Shown here piece after piece: positions 18,436 through 29,286 of a stretch of 64,000 nucleotides of DNA. Location: contig JAHLWS010000062.1 of the NCBI GenBank assembly GCA_019057795.1, positions 1 through 64,000 on the forward strand, in the 5' to 3' direction. Under the pieces are notes generated by a model. That model saw only the letters and a list, made by a program, of their open reading frames with translations, had not been told where the DNA came from and did not search any database. Position 1 is the first letter of the stretch. Every line of letters begins with the position of its first letter. Both the position numbers and the translations under genes were made by a program. This DNA is from Promethearchaeota archaeon. Its GTDB lineage: Archaea; Asgardarchaeota; Lokiarchaeia; Sigyniarchaeales; SOKP01.

Positions 18436-19926
18436 ATGGGTAAATTTGATTTTAGACCAACAGGAGTTATGCCAGCATTGGTAACTCCTTTTAACAAAGA
18501 AGATGAATCAATTAACGAAGAAAACCTTAGAAATTTAGTAAACTATCTCATAGATCAAGGAGTTACGGGACTTGTTCCGGTAGGAACGACTGGAGAGTTC
18601 GTTAACATGACTTTTGAAGAACGTTTGAGGGTCATAGAAATAGTCGTCGACGAAACGAATGGTAGAGTTCCTGTGATTGCTGGGACTGGAGAAACGGGAA
18701 CAAAGTTGGTAATTGATGCTACTAAAGCTGCAACGGACATCGGTGCAGACGCAGCTATAATTGTAACGCCCTATTATCTCAAACCTAAGGCAAAAGGGTT
18801 GTACGACCATTATTTTACTATAGCAGAAAAAACCGATATACCCTTGGTGTTGTATAATATTCCCGTCTGTACAGGAGTAGAATTGCCTTGGACTGTTGTA
18901 GAAGATCTAGTTGATATTGATAACTTCGTCGCGATAAAGGATTCTAGCGGTGACTACAAATACTTCTCTGCGTTATTAGAGAAAGTAAGCGATAAAATTT
19001 CCGTTCTAATAGGGTGGGACGAAAACGTATTAGGTGCTTTAGCTGGTGGCGCTGCGGGTTGCATACTTGGTTCTGCTAATGTTATTCCTAAAGTATGGCT
19101 CGAACTTTACGACCATGTAAAAAACAATCGGTTAATTGAAGCACAAACTCTACAAAAGAAAGTGCAAAAGCTAGCTCGAATGCTAATCAATTCTGGAGCT
19201 TTAGGCGCCAAAGAATGCTTGAATTTGATGGGCATTCCAGTAGGCACAACTAGACGCCCGATCATTTTAGGAGACGCTCTTTCATACGAACTACAAGACG
19301 AATTTAGAGTTGAACTTGAAAAGTTAGGATATATCGAAAAGAAAGAAATTAAGTTCGAGATCGATGATAAAGAACTAACGGGTCGTTTTTACGCAGTGGG
19401 TGTTACGCCTGAAAAAATTTCTGATTTCAGCTTAAAAGTCGGAGAATCGCTTGTTGGCAGTAGAGCAGAGTTAGCACATATTGATCTTTTAATAGGAAAT
19501 AAAAAGGGACCCGTAGGTGATGCTTACGCTCGTGCTTTAACTCATCCAGCGAAAGGGCGTGAAGGATTACAGGTAATTCTCGAACCAAACATGCAAGTTA
19601 AACCTGCGACTGTTATGCTCCCTACAGTTAAAATCACTTCGCTTCGCCATGCAAGTTTAACTTATGGACCTGCTCAAGCAGCTGTAGCAAAAGCGGTAAT
19701 GAAATGTGTAGAGGATGGAATTCTTCCTAAAGAGGCCGCAGAGGATATTTTAATAATTGTAAATGTATTTGTACATCCTAGCGCGAGCGCTCGAAAACGC
19801 GTTTTTATTAATAATTATAAAGCTACAAGAAATGCCATTCGAAAGGCAATGGAAGGATTACCAACGGTAGATGACGGTATTCAAAACGCTGAAAATGCAC
19901 GTCATCCCTTCAGGAACGATCCGTAA
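18436..19926 (+). CDS. DapA/NAL-family aldolase fused to formaldehyde-activating enzyme (Fae)
   Basis: N-term GTTGE, PYY, YNIP, IKDSSG; C-term GESLVG, AHIDLLIG, KPATV, GPAQAAVAKAV, HPF. Confidence 0.88.
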   Translation: MGKFDFRPTGVMPALVTPFNKEDESINEENLRNLVNYLIDQGVTGLVPVGTTGEFVNMTFEERLRVIEIVVDETNGRVPVIAGTGETGTKLVIDATKAATDIGADAAIIVTPYYLKPKAKGLYDHYFTIAEKTDIPLVLYNIPVCTGVELPWTVVEDLVDIDNFVAIKDSSGDYKYFSALLEKVSDKISVLIGWDENVLGALAGGAAGCILGSANVIPKVWLELYDHVKNNRLIEAQTLQKKVQKLARMLINSGALGAKECLNLMGIPVGTTRRPIILGDALSYELQDEFRVELEKLGYIEKKEIKFEIDDKELTGRFYAVGVTPEKISDFSLKVGESLVGSRAELAHIDLLIGNKKGPVGDAYARALTHPAKGREGLQVILEPNMQVKPATVMLPTVKITSLRHASLTYGPAQAAVAKAVMKCVEDGILPKEAAEDILIIVNVFVHPSASARKRVFINNYKATRNAIRKAMEGLPTVDDGIQNAENARHPFRNDP

Positions 19927-20284
19927 TTAGAATGTTAAAAATAAATAATTTATTTTTTTATATTTCTTTATCTTTTTCTTTTTGTGTACTTTTGTTTCTC
20001 TTCGACTTTCTTGATAAACAAATGAACGCTAAAATAAATTGAAATCGCCCCAATTAATAATCAAAATACTGATAAAAGAACTGGCTGTTCCCCAGAGATT
20101 GAATATCTTAACTCTTTATGATACTAAATTTATATTTTATTAATTTTCGAATTTTGTAATATTATTAATTAAAAGAATGTAGTTAAAACTTTTATAATTG
20201 ATAATCTGAACATTGAAATTCTTTTCATAAAATTCTACAATAACAATAAAAATAAAATCCAAAATCTTTAAGAGGAGAATCATT

Positions 20285-20764
20285 ATGAACGAGAAAAAAG
20301 TAGAATTAAAGGTTGGAGAAACTGCTCCCGAATTTTGTCTTCCAGATAAAGATAACAAGGAAGTATGTCTAAAAGATTTCAAAGGTAAATATGTTATCGT
20401 ACATTTTTATCCTAAAGATAATACTCCCGGCTGCACAATTGAGGCAATTGGTTTTACAGGAATTTTACCCGAATTTCAAAAGCTAAACGCAGACGTTATT
20501 GGTATAAGCCCTGATAGTCCCGAATCTCACGCTAAATTTGTTGAAAAAAAGAATTTGAAAGTTATTTTGTTAAGTGATTTGGATAAAGAAGTATTAAAAA
20601 AATATGGAGCGTGGGGATCAAAAGCTTATCGAGGTAAGACTTATATGGGAGTTACTCGAAGCACTTATTTAGTAAATCCGGAAGGTAAAATTTCTTATAT
20701 GTGGCCAAAAGTTAGAGTGAAAGGACATGTTGAAGAAGTTAAAAGTATTTTAGCGGGTTTATAA
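20285..20764 (+). CDS. bcp: Peroxiredoxin Bcp/PrxQ
   Basis: FYPKDNTPGCTIEA, GISPD, RSTYL. Confidence 0.9.
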   Translation: MNEKKVELKVGETAPEFCLPDKDNKEVCLKDFKGKYVIVHFYPKDNTPGCTIEAIGFTGILPEFQKLNADVIGISPDSPESHAKFVEKKNLKVILLSDLDKEVLKKYGAWGSKAYRGKTYMGVTRSTYLVNPEGKISYMWPKVRVKGHVEEVKSILAGL

Positions 20765-20830
20765 ATAAAACCTTTAAAACATCTAAACATATTAAAATTA
20801 ATTAAAATTAAAAGAGAATTAAGAATTTAC

Positions 20831-21271
20831 ATGATTGATAGAAAATTCATTGGCTACGAATTTACACCAAATGAAATGGTTATTACTCGTTGGCGAATCT
20901 CTCATTTTGCTAACGCGATAAGGGAATCGAACCCAATTTATTACGACATCAATGAAGCCAAAAATCAAGGTTTTAAAGACATACCAGTTCCTACTACTTT
21001 TTACACGAGAATGACCTTCTCAGATAATAATTTTTTTTCAACTATGGGGATAGATTTTAGAAAATTATTAGATGGTGGCAGAGAAATTAGGTATTACTCT
21101 CAAGGTTGTGCAGGAGATACCATTATATATCAAACCAAAGTCGAAAATATTGTTGAAAAGGAAGGCAAAAGAGGTAAAATGGATTTAATAACGGTGGTCA
21201 CAAGTGGAAAAAACAAGGATACTGGAGAAAAGGTTTTTGATTTAATCATTTCATTAATCGTGTTCCATTAA
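20831..21271 (+). CDS. MaoC-like dehydratase, N-terminal-type subunit
   Basis: FANAI, NPIYYD, PVPTTF; paired with next gene. Confidence 0.8.
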   Translation: MIDRKFIGYEFTPNEMVITRWRISHFANAIRESNPIYYDINEAKNQGFKDIPVPTTFYTRMTFSDNNFFSTMGIDFRKLLDGGREIRYYSQGCAGDTIIYQTKVENIVEKEGKRGKMDLITVVTSGKNKDTGEKVFDLIISLIVFH

Positions 21272-21292
21272 ATTAAAAAGGTGATTTGAAAA

Positions 21293-21724
21293 TTGTCTAA
21301 AGAAGAATTGTTTTTTGAAGATATTTCAACGGGAATGGAATTACCTACATCAAAAAGGGGACCAATTGTTCGACAACAATTAATAGATTACGCATCAGCA
21401 TCTGGAGATTATAATAAAATTCATTACGACGAGGGATTTGCGAAAATAGCTAAACTACCTGGATGTATTGCCCATGGAATGCTTGTTATGTCAATAGTCG
21501 GGTCCTACATTACCGATTGGGCAAAGGGAGGAGTATTAAAAAACTTCAAAATAAGATTTGCTGGTATGACAAATGAGAACGATACTTTAACGTTAAAAGG
21601 AAAGGTATTGAAAAAATACTCTGAAAACGACGAAAATTTGGTCGAAATTAGCGTTCTCAGCGAAACTCAAGACGAAAGAATTACAACGCAAGGTTCCGCA
21701 GTTATAGCCCTGAAAACAAAGTAA
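21293..21724 (+). CDS. MaoC family (R)-hydratase
   Basis: YASASGDYNKIH, IAHGML hydratase motif. Confidence 0.85.
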   Translation: MSKEELFFEDISTGMELPTSKRGPIVRQQLIDYASASGDYNKIHYDEGFAKIAKLPGCIAHGMLVMSIVGSYITDWAKGGVLKNFKIRFAGMTNENDTLTLKGKVLKKYSENDENLVEISVLSETQDERITTQGSAVIALKTK

Positions 21725-21929
21725 TTTTAATTTTTTCCTAATTATTTCTTTATGAATTATTTATATTCCAAATAAAAGAGCTATAACTCAAAATAATTCA
21801 TTTAGAAAGTTAATATCTAATAAGGCTTATATTGATATTCTTTAAATATTTCTTAATTAATTAGGTTTCAATCATAAATGAAATCTTCAGACTTAAGGTT
21901 TTAAAACATTTTTTTAAAGGTGTAAAAAT

Positions 21930-22502
21930 TTGGATGTAAAAATTGCGATTGAAAAGAGAAGAGCATATAGATCTTTTGAACCAGTTGAAATCTCCGACGA
22001 ACTAATAGAAGATTTAGCCGGATCAGCGCGATTAGCGCCATCTTGTTTTAATAAACAGCCATGGAGATATGTATTTGTTCGCGATAAAGAGCAACTAGAA
22101 AAACTTCACGGGTCATTATCAATAACTAATAAGTGGGTAGAATTAGGTTCGTTAATTATTGCAGTGTTTAGCGAAGTAGAAAATGATTGCATTATCAAAG
22201 AAAGGCAATATTATCTTTTCGATACGGGTTTAGCGAGCGCCTTTATAATGCTCCGAGCTACAGAATTAGGTCTTGTTGCGCACCCTATCGCAGGTTTTAA
22301 TGAAGATGGGGCGAAGAGAGTGCTTGGCATTCCAGAACACATGCGATTAATTTCCTTAATAGTAATCGGTAAACGCTCTAAAGAAATTAAAGAAGAATTA
22401 ACAGATATACAAAAATCCAAAGAGGATCAAAGACCAGAAAGAAAGCAATTTAAAGAATTCGTTTACATAGATGAATTTACCAAACCATTTAACAAGTCAT
22501 AG
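21930..22502 (+). CDS. Nitroreductase family protein
   Basis: RRAYRSF, APSCFNKQPW. Confidence 0.85.
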   Translation: MDVKIAIEKRRAYRSFEPVEISDELIEDLAGSARLAPSCFNKQPWRYVFVRDKEQLEKLHGSLSITNKWVELGSLIIAVFSEVENDCIIKERQYYLFDTGLASAFIMLRATELGLVAHPIAGFNEDGAKRVLGIPEHMRLISLIVIGKRSKEIKEELTDIQKSKEDQRPERKQFKEFVYIDEFTKPFNKS

Positions 22503-22505
22503 AAG

Positions 22506-24635
22506 GTGAAAATCATAGAAGAAAACAAAAAACAAAAAGATGAGCGTCAATCTAATAGAAAATTCAATAAATTAATAACTGAAAAAAGCCCTTATTTACT
22601 GCAACACGCTGAGAATCCAGTAGATTGGTATCCTTGGGGGGAAGAGGCTTTTGAAAAAGCAAAAACAGAAGATAAACCGATATTTCTTTCAGTTGGCTAC
22701 TCTACTTGCCATTGGTGCCATGTAATGGCACACGAATCTTTTGAAGACACTATTGTTGCTAAATTAATGAACGATGTTTTTGTATCTATTAAAGTCGATC
22801 GGGAAGAACGACCTGATATCGATAAAATATATATGACCGTCTGCCAAATTATGACTAATTCCGGGGGCTGGCCACTAACGATTCTAATGACTCCAGATAA
22901 AAAACCTTTCTTTGCCGGCACATATTTTCCCAAAGAAAGCCGTTTTGGAAGAATTGGCTTAATTGATTTAATAAATCGCGTAAATAATTTGTGGAAAAAC
23001 GAAAGAAAGGAGCTGTTAGCGTCGAGCGAAAAAATTACATTTGCATTACAAGACATCAACATTGAGTCTCCAGGAAGAAGTCTTGAAGAAAAAGTTATAG
23101 AAAACGCTTATTCTCGGTTAAGTATGCGATTTGACGAAAAGAGAGGTGGCTTTGGTAGCGCACCAAAATTTCCTTCTCCTCATAACTTATTATTCTTATT
23201 AAGATATTGGAAAAGAACAGAAGATAAAAACGCTTTAGATATGGTTAAAAGTACTCTTAAGGCTATGAGGCGAGGCGGTATTTACGATCAAATTGGTTTT
23301 GGATTTCATCGCTATTCTACTGATGTTAACTGGTTAGTACCTCATTTCGAGAAGATGTTGTATGATCAAGCCCTTTTAGCGCTCAGCTATATAGAAGCTT
23401 ATCAAGCGACTGGAAATATTGAGTATGGAAACACTGCTAAAGAGATTTTTACATATGTTTTGCGAGATATGAGCTCTCCTGAGGGAGGATTCTATTCGGC
23501 CGAAGACGCGGATAGCGAAGGAGAAGAGGGAAAGTTTTATGTTTGGACTAAAGAAGAGATTGAAAATATCTTAGAAAAAGAGGATGCTGAGCTAATAGAA
23601 AGTATTTACAATGTTGAAACTAATGGTAATTATTTAGATGAAGCTACTAGAGCGAAAACTGGCAAAAATATTCTTCATTTGAAGGTTGATTTATCTAAAC
23701 TCGCTAACCCTCAAGACGAAAGTTTTCATAGTTCTATAGAATCTATGAGACAAAAGCTTTTCAATTCGCGAGAAACCCGGATTAAACCTCATCGGGACGA
23801 TAAAATATTAACTGATTGGAATGGATTAATGATTGCCGCATTAGCTAAAGGTGGTTTCGTATTGAATGAACAAAAATACATTGAAGCCGCGAAAAAAGCC
23901 GTAGCTTTCATCCTTAAAGATTTAAGGAAGTCAAATGGGCGTCTTTTACATAGGTATCGCGACGGGACGGCTGAAATTGACGCTTATGTAGATGATTATT
24001 CGTTTCTTATCTGGGGTTTAATTAATTTATATGAGGCTACATTTGACACATTTTATCTAAAAACGGTTATAGATTTAACTGAAGACCAAATAAATCATTT
24101 TTGGGACTCGTTTATAGGGGGGTTCTTCTTTACTGCGGAAGACGGAGAAAAATTGTTAGCTCGTCAGAAAGAGATTTATGACGGTGCTATTCCTTCTGGA
24201 AACTCTGTTGCGATGTTGAACCTACTCAAGTTAGCTCAACTTACAGGAAATCAAGATTACGAGAAAAAAGCTGATCACATTAGTCGAGTTTTTGCTGAAA
24301 ACATTCGAAAGTCGCCCGTAGCACATACTTTTCTTTTGTCAGCTGTCGATTACGCCGTTGGACCGACTTATTCTCTCGTTATTGCAGGAGACACAGGCAA
24401 AGAAGATACTAATGATATGTTGTCTGAGATAAAGAAACATTTTTTGCCTAATAAATCGTTAATCTTTCGGCCCACAGAAAAAACAAGTCCAAAAATAGAC
24501 GAGTTTTCTAATTTCGTTCAATATTTTGACAAATTCGACGGAAAAGCTACTGCGTACGTATGCATTAATAAAACTTGTAAGACACCAACAAATGATGTGA
24601 ACAAAGCTTTAGAATATTTGAGTTCAAAAGGATAA
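22506..24635 (+). CDS. Thioredoxin-domain YyaL/DUF255 protein
   Basis: [42 protein letters not shown]. Confidence 0.9.
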   Translation: MKIIEENKKQKDERQSNRKFNKLITEKSPYLLQHAENPVDWYPWGEEAFEKAKTEDKPIFLSVGYSTCHWCHVMAHESFEDTIVAKLMNDVFVSIKVDREERPDIDKIYMTVCQIMTNSGGWPLTILMTPDKKPFFAGTYFPKESRFGRIGLIDLINRVNNLWKNERKELLASSEKITFALQDINIESPGRSLEEKVIENAYSRLSMRFDEKRGGFGSAPKFPSPHNLLFLLRYWKRTEDKNALDMVKSTLKAMRRGGIYDQIGFGFHRYSTDVNWLVPHFEKMLYDQALLALSYIEAYQATGNIEYGNTAKEIFTYVLRDMSSPEGGFYSAEDADSEGEEGKFYVWTKEEIENILEKEDAELIESIYNVETNGNYLDEATRAKTGKNILHLKVDLSKLANPQDESFHSSIESMRQKLFNSRETRIKPHRDDKILTDWNGLMIAALAKGGFVLNEQKYIEAAKKAVAFILKDLRKSNGRLLHRYRDGTAEIDAYVDDYSFLIWGLINLYEATFDTFYLKTVIDLTEDQINHFWDSFIGGFFFTAEDGEKLLARQKEIYDGAIPSGNSVAMLNLLKLAQLTGNQDYEKKADHISRVFAENIRKSPVAHTFLLSAVDYAVGPTYSLVIAGDTGKEDTNDMLSEIKKHFLPNKSLIFRPTEKTSPKIDEFSNFVQYFDKFDGKATAYVCINKTCKTPTNDVNKALEYLSSKG

Positions 24636-24688
24636 ACAAATTATTTCAATTTTTTCAAAAGTAGGGACAGAAAAAAAAGATTTAGAGC

Positions 24689-25066
24689 TTATTTTAATTT
24701 TGAAGAGACGAGTTTTTCCATTTCATTAATTGATGCTACTTTATCCATCTCTTCTTGCGTTATCAATAACTTTAGGATACCGTTCTTTAAAAGATAAGCA
24801 GAAGGATATTTAGCATCTTGAATGTCGTACTTATTCAAAAATTCGTCCTTATGCAGAAATTCAGTCTCTATGTTTAATGTGCCAAGAAAAGATTTCCATT
24901 CTTTCTTCATGCCGAAGGGGCTGAATGTTTGGGCACAAAGATTACATTTATAAGTACTGGGTCTTAAAGCCTTATGCCAGAAATCTTTTACAGTATTTAC
25001 TATTCCCGAATCTGCATTATATATAAAAACCAACTTTTCTTCGTTATTTTTACTCATTATTATCAC
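24689..25066 (-). CDS. Conserved hypothetical protein
   Basis: FIYNADSG, CNLC, FLHKDEF. Confidence 0.65.
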   Translation of the reverse strand: MIIMSKNNEEKLVFIYNADSGIVNTVKDFWHKALRPSTYKCNLCAQTFSPFGMKKEWKSFLGTLNIETEFLHKDEFLNKYDIQDAKYPSAYLLKNGILKLLITQEEMDKVASINEMEKLVSSKLK

Positions 25067-25194
25067 CCGTGATAAACAAAACCTATCTAAATAATTAGAA
25101 ATTAACTGAAAATTTTAATCTGTTCCTTATTATTCATAAATTTTATTGATAAATTGAAATAATTTATTTGAATTATGTTGAGATTTTTTTCCTT

Positions 25195-25581
25195 TTATTT
25201 ATTAATAAACACTTCTCTTATTTTTTCCATTCTTTTTCTATTAACTCCCATGTCGCTGTGACCTGACCTTGCGCGAGAACGAAACTGGATAATCTTTTCC
25301 CTATCATCAAAAAGAAATTCCACATCATCGACGAACTTGAATGTAGCTGTTCGAACTTCGGCATGAATGTAATTTTCTGTATTTGTTATTATCTTGGTTC
25401 TTTTCAATGAGTTTACGATTTTAATTATTTTTTCTTTTGCTTCACTCATCGTCCCAGAATAACTAATAGGACTTATTATGTGTTTAGCGTCTGTAGCTTG
25501 GGTAGAGACGCAGTTTGGTGTATTTGGACACGGATAAAACTTTCCATCGACAATCCCTACAGGTTTTTGTGTTTTTACCAT
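25195..25581 (-). CDS. DUF1499 family protein
   Basis: CPNTPNCVS, FVDDVEF, RSRARSGHSDMGVNRKR. Confidence 0.85.
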   Translation of the reverse strand: MVKTQKPVGIVDGKFYPCPNTPNCVSTQATDAKHIISPISYSGTMSEAKEKIIKIVNSLKRTKIITNTENYIHAEVRTATFKFVDDVEFLFDDREKIIQFRSRARSGHSDMGVNRKRMEKIREVFINK

Positions 25582-25754
25582 TATTTAACCACCATCATTA
25601 ATATGCTTAATAAAATAAGATAAAAATAGGTTTAAATTAATTCTGGTTTTAGATTAAAAAGAGACAAGATATATCGCTTAAAGTAATAATCTAAAATCTC
25701 GAACTATATTATATTTTAAACGCTTAAAATTTCCTTAACGAGTTCAATTATTCT

Positions 25755-27026
25755 TTATTTATCAAAAATTGAAGTATTCCCAATTTCTTTAAAATTTAAA
25801 ATTTGATCATGGTAATGTTCTTCAAAATGGTTTAAAAAGTATGTTAACCTCTCTTTTAAACTCTGACTGGCCGGTTTTGAAAGAAATAGAGCTAATTTAA
25901 CGTACTCTCCATAGACCGCATGAATATAGAAACCTTTATAATTGATTTCATTCATTGATGTAGTTCCGCCTATTTCTGAAACAAATGAATCCATTGCTGA
26001 TAAGAATCCAGAAACTAATTCTTTATCCATTGGAATCTCCTCGCTGGAATGCGATATCATAGCTAATCCAGAAGCCTTTTCGATAATCAGTAGTGTTCTA
26101 AACAGGTCTTTATATTTTGGCTTTACGCTTACAGCGTGTTCTTCTATAATTAATTTTTCCTTTGGAAAAAGCTCAAACATTACAAAATATTTAGGATTGT
26201 ACGACTCGTTTTCTTTGAAATAATACTCAGAAATTTTAGCTAACTGTGAAGGTGTTCTTATTGGTTCGTGAGGTAATTTCTTGATATATTCATCTCGAAT
26301 TGAAGAATCATGAGTTCTTGATTTTTTACCTTTAATAATTCTTAAGATTTTTTGGTGAATTGGATCAATTACATACATCCACACATTCAAATTTATCATA
26401 TCGCTCTTGAGTCTTTCATAACCGATATTACAAACTCCTCGAGGCGTTGTTACAAAAACCGTCCATATAGCTACTTTTGACGCTTCGTTAATTAGGTAAA
26501 AAGTTTCTTTATAGTTCTCTTCTGTCATTTCTGCTCCTGTTCTTACGAATACGGCCTCAGTTCTCAGAAAAGGTTTTTTCTTAATTAAGTATAAATCTAA
26601 CGAAAAATCTTTGATATCAGCCGTATTGAATACAGAAATTCCATAGTCAGCACAGTAATCAGCAAACGCATCGATAAGTTCTTGTTTAGATATGAAATCA
26701 AACCTTGTTAAATAATCGCTTAATTTTTCATCGCTAATTATAAAATTTCCAATGTATTCAATGGGACTCTTAAATTGTTTTTTAAGCGTTGGGCTTTTTA
26801 GATATTGATTATAAAAATGAATACTAATGTAATCAAGGAGATCTAGTTTTGATAACTGATTTTCTTCTGGAAGTGGAATATTGTGTCTGTTCATAAATCC
26901 GTAAATTTCTTTGAACCGACTTCTAACAATAAGACAATTTAGACATATAATTCCTTTTTTACCTTCGCTATCACTTCTTATAATCTTTAAAAATTCCTCT
27001 GCTTCAGTTAATTTTTCAGAACTCAT
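25755..27026 (-). CDS. Hypothetical protein with C-terminal longin-like domain (paralog 1; TAA 12 codons before the homologous end)
   Basis: LVSGFLSAMDSFVSEI..INYKGFY pattern; collinear with 27115-28419. Confidence 0.7.
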   Translation of the reverse strand: MSSEKLTEAEEFLKIIRSDSEGKKGIICLNCLIVRSRFKEIYGFMNRHNIPLPEENQLSKLDLLDYISIHFYNQYLKSPTLKKQFKSPIEYIGNFIISDEKLSDYLTRFDFISKQELIDAFADYCADYGISVFNTADIKDFSLDLYLIKKKPFLRTEAVFVRTGAEMTEENYKETFYLINEASKVAIWTVFVTTPRGVCNIGYERLKSDMINLNVWMYVIDPIHQKILRIIKGKKSRTHDSSIRDEYIKKLPHEPIRTPSQLAKISEYYFKENESYNPKYFVMFELFPKEKLIIEEHAVSVKPKYKDLFRTLLIIEKASGLAMISHSSEEIPMDKELVSGFLSAMDSFVSEIGGTTSMNEINYKGFYIHAVYGEYVKLALFLSKPASQSLKERLTYFLNHFEEHYHDQILNFKEIGNTSIFDK

Positions 27027-27114
27027 TAGTGATATAATATCTTTTGAGTTTTAAAATATTTTTATAATAAACTAAAAATAGTAGAATTAGTGAATTAGTT
27101 GTCGAAATGTTTTT

Positions 27115-28419
27115 TTAAACGTCTATAATTTCTTTTATTAGATAAATTATTTCACTACTGTCAAATAATTCGGTATTACCTGATAACTTAAATTTTTCAA
27201 TCTCATCTTCGTACCGTTCTTCGAATAATCCTATTAGATGTTTTAATCTCTCCTTTAAACTTTTGTCTGCTGGGATAGACAGAAAACAAGCTAATTTTGT
27301 AGATTTTCCGTAGGCTGCTTGGACATAAAACCCTTTATAATTAATTTCTTCCATTTTTGAGCCGCCAATTTGTGTAACAAAGGAATCCATAGCTGCTAAA
27401 AATCCTGATGCTAAAGCTAGCTCTTTAAAATTATCACTTGCGTAAGAAATAATAGGCGTTCCAGAAGATATTTCCATAATAATCAAATCTCTGAACATTT
27501 CTGCATATTTAGGAGTCTCCTCTTCCTTAAGAAGCAATTTATTATGTTCTAAATCGTTGTAAATATCAAAAAGCCTAAAATCAATCGGATCATATGAGTT
27601 TGACTCATTAAAATAATAGTCTGATAGTTCAAAAACATGAGAAGGCGCTCTCATGGGCGCTCTAGGAAGTTTTCGAATTAATTCTTCTCTCAATTCATCA
27701 TCTTGTTCTTCATTTTTCTTGTTTTTTGTAAGACCATAAATTATCTTCCTTGAGGGGTCGACTACATAGAGTTGACAGTTTAATTTATTCATATCATATA
27801 ATAGTTTACTTAATCCAATTTTAAGAATACCGATAGGTGTAGTCACAAAAACACTTCCATTTGCAACTGAATTGGCTTTCTCAATCAAATTTTTAGTTTC
27901 TAAATAAGTTTTATCGTTGATATCAAAACCAGTCATTGCAAACATCGATTCTGTTCTAAGCGCTGATTTCTTCCTCACTGAATACATATCCATTTTAGGT
28001 GTAATGGAATCAGTTGATGTATTATACACTGTAATTCCTAAATCTGCATATAAATCCGCAAATGTATCAATTAGATCTTGTTTAACTATAAAGTCGAGGT
28101 TAATTAGATATTTAGAAAAAATATTTTCGTTTAATATCGCATATCCTATGTATTCTAGCGGATCTTCGTACTTTTTCTGAATATCGGTAGTATAATACAT
28201 TTTTGTGAGGTGCAAAGCAATCATTTTTATGTATTCAAAACGAGTAATAAAAGATTTATCCGGAAGCGAAATTCCATAATTTCTAATAAAAGTTAATAAA
28301 TCCTCCATTCGACAGTTTATTAAGATATAATTTATGCTGATTAACCCGTATTTGGACTTACTAATTTCTTTTAATCGAGAAATTATAGTTTTTTCTGTAA
28401 ATGAATTATATTCGAACAT
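27115..28419 (-). CDS. Hypothetical protein with C-terminal longin-like domain (paralog 2)
   Basis: LASGFLAAMDSFVTQI..INYKGFY; tandem paralog. Confidence 0.7.
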   Translation of the reverse strand: MFEYNSFTEKTIISRLKEISKSKYGLISINYILINCRMEDLLTFIRNYGISLPDKSFITRFEYIKMIALHLTKMYYTTDIQKKYEDPLEYIGYAILNENIFSKYLINLDFIVKQDLIDTFADLYADLGITVYNTSTDSITPKMDMYSVRKKSALRTESMFAMTGFDINDKTYLETKNLIEKANSVANGSVFVTTPIGILKIGLSKLLYDMNKLNCQLYVVDPSRKIIYGLTKNKKNEEQDDELREELIRKLPRAPMRAPSHVFELSDYYFNESNSYDPIDFRLFDIYNDLEHNKLLLKEEETPKYAEMFRDLIIMEISSGTPIISYASDNFKELALASGFLAAMDSFVTQIGGSKMEEINYKGFYVQAAYGKSTKLACFLSIPADKSLKERLKHLIGLFEERYEDEIEKFKLSGNTELFDSSEIIYLIKEIIDV

Positions 28420-28563
28420 TTTTACAAATTTAGTTTAGCTTGGAAAAAACAATAATAAAATGATATATCAATAGTAAAATCAGATCTTTTAAATTTATAA
28501 GTTTAATTTTTTCAATAGAATTCTTAGGATATAACACGAACTAAATATGTGGTATACTGACAT

Positions 28564-29193
28564 TTAGGAATTAAAGATTTTGTATGCGCCTCTTAACCTT
28601 AATAGCGCTGTGAGGAATACTAAAGCTGTAAAAATCCACAATATAATCAAACGCCATGGGATTAAGACAATTAACGCTAATAAAAAGAGAAATGTTTCAG
28701 ATCGCTCCATCAATCCACTTTGATATGTGATTACTTTTAAATTACTTTCTAAATTGTCTCTTTTAATAATTCCTCCTACAACAAGAAACATAGAGATACA
28801 CAAAACGATAGCGGCTAAAGAAAACAAACCTGGCCAAATTAAATTCGTAGGGTCTGTTGTTACTATAGCGATTATTATGGAAATCTCGACGAGCCGATCG
28901 CAAAATATATCTAATATCCCTCCAAAGATAGTAGGACCCTCTAATCTTGCTATAGAACCATCAAGGGTATCAATATAAAAAGAAACGGTCATAACAATTG
29001 CGGAGCATACCATAAATGTTATTGTTAATACTAAGAAAATCCCACTAAGGTATATCAAAAATGAGCTTACTAAACCAAAAACCAACCCAAGAATAGTAAG
29101 TTGATTAGCAGATATTTTCCCAAGTAAGACTTTCTTTACAAATTTCTCGTAAGCTTCTTTAAATTTCGTTTTCGAGAGCCAACTATCTAACAT
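28564..29193 (-). CDS. CDP-alcohol phosphatidyltransferase
   Basis: DTLDGSIAR...GGILDIFCD signature. Confidence 0.88.
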   Translation of the reverse strand: MLDSWLSKTKFKEAYEKFVKKVLLGKISANQLTILGLVFGLVSSFLIYLSGIFLVLTITFMVCSAIVMTVSFYIDTLDGSIARLEGPTIFGGILDIFCDRLVEISIIIAIVTTDPTNLIWPGLFSLAAIVLCISMFLVVGGIIKRDNLESNLKVITYQSGLMERSETFLFLLALIVLIPWRLIILWIFTALVFLTALLRLRGAYKIFNS

Positions 29194-29286
29194 AAATAAA
29201 TTAATGTTTTTTGAATGTTTTTAGTCTATTAATACTTATTGTCTTTTATCTAAATAAAAATTGCATTAAAAACGAGTTGTAATTAT

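Noticed and set aside
20062-20074. 13-nt match to the fwdB intron (caaaatactgata)
   Set aside because: Short and AT-rich; plausible by chance in 64 kb.
2485-25757. TAA reassigned to a sense codon (three in-frame TAAs seen)
   Set aside because: Most intact genes here end in TAA at homologous ends, and the zinc-ribbon tail shows additional decay.
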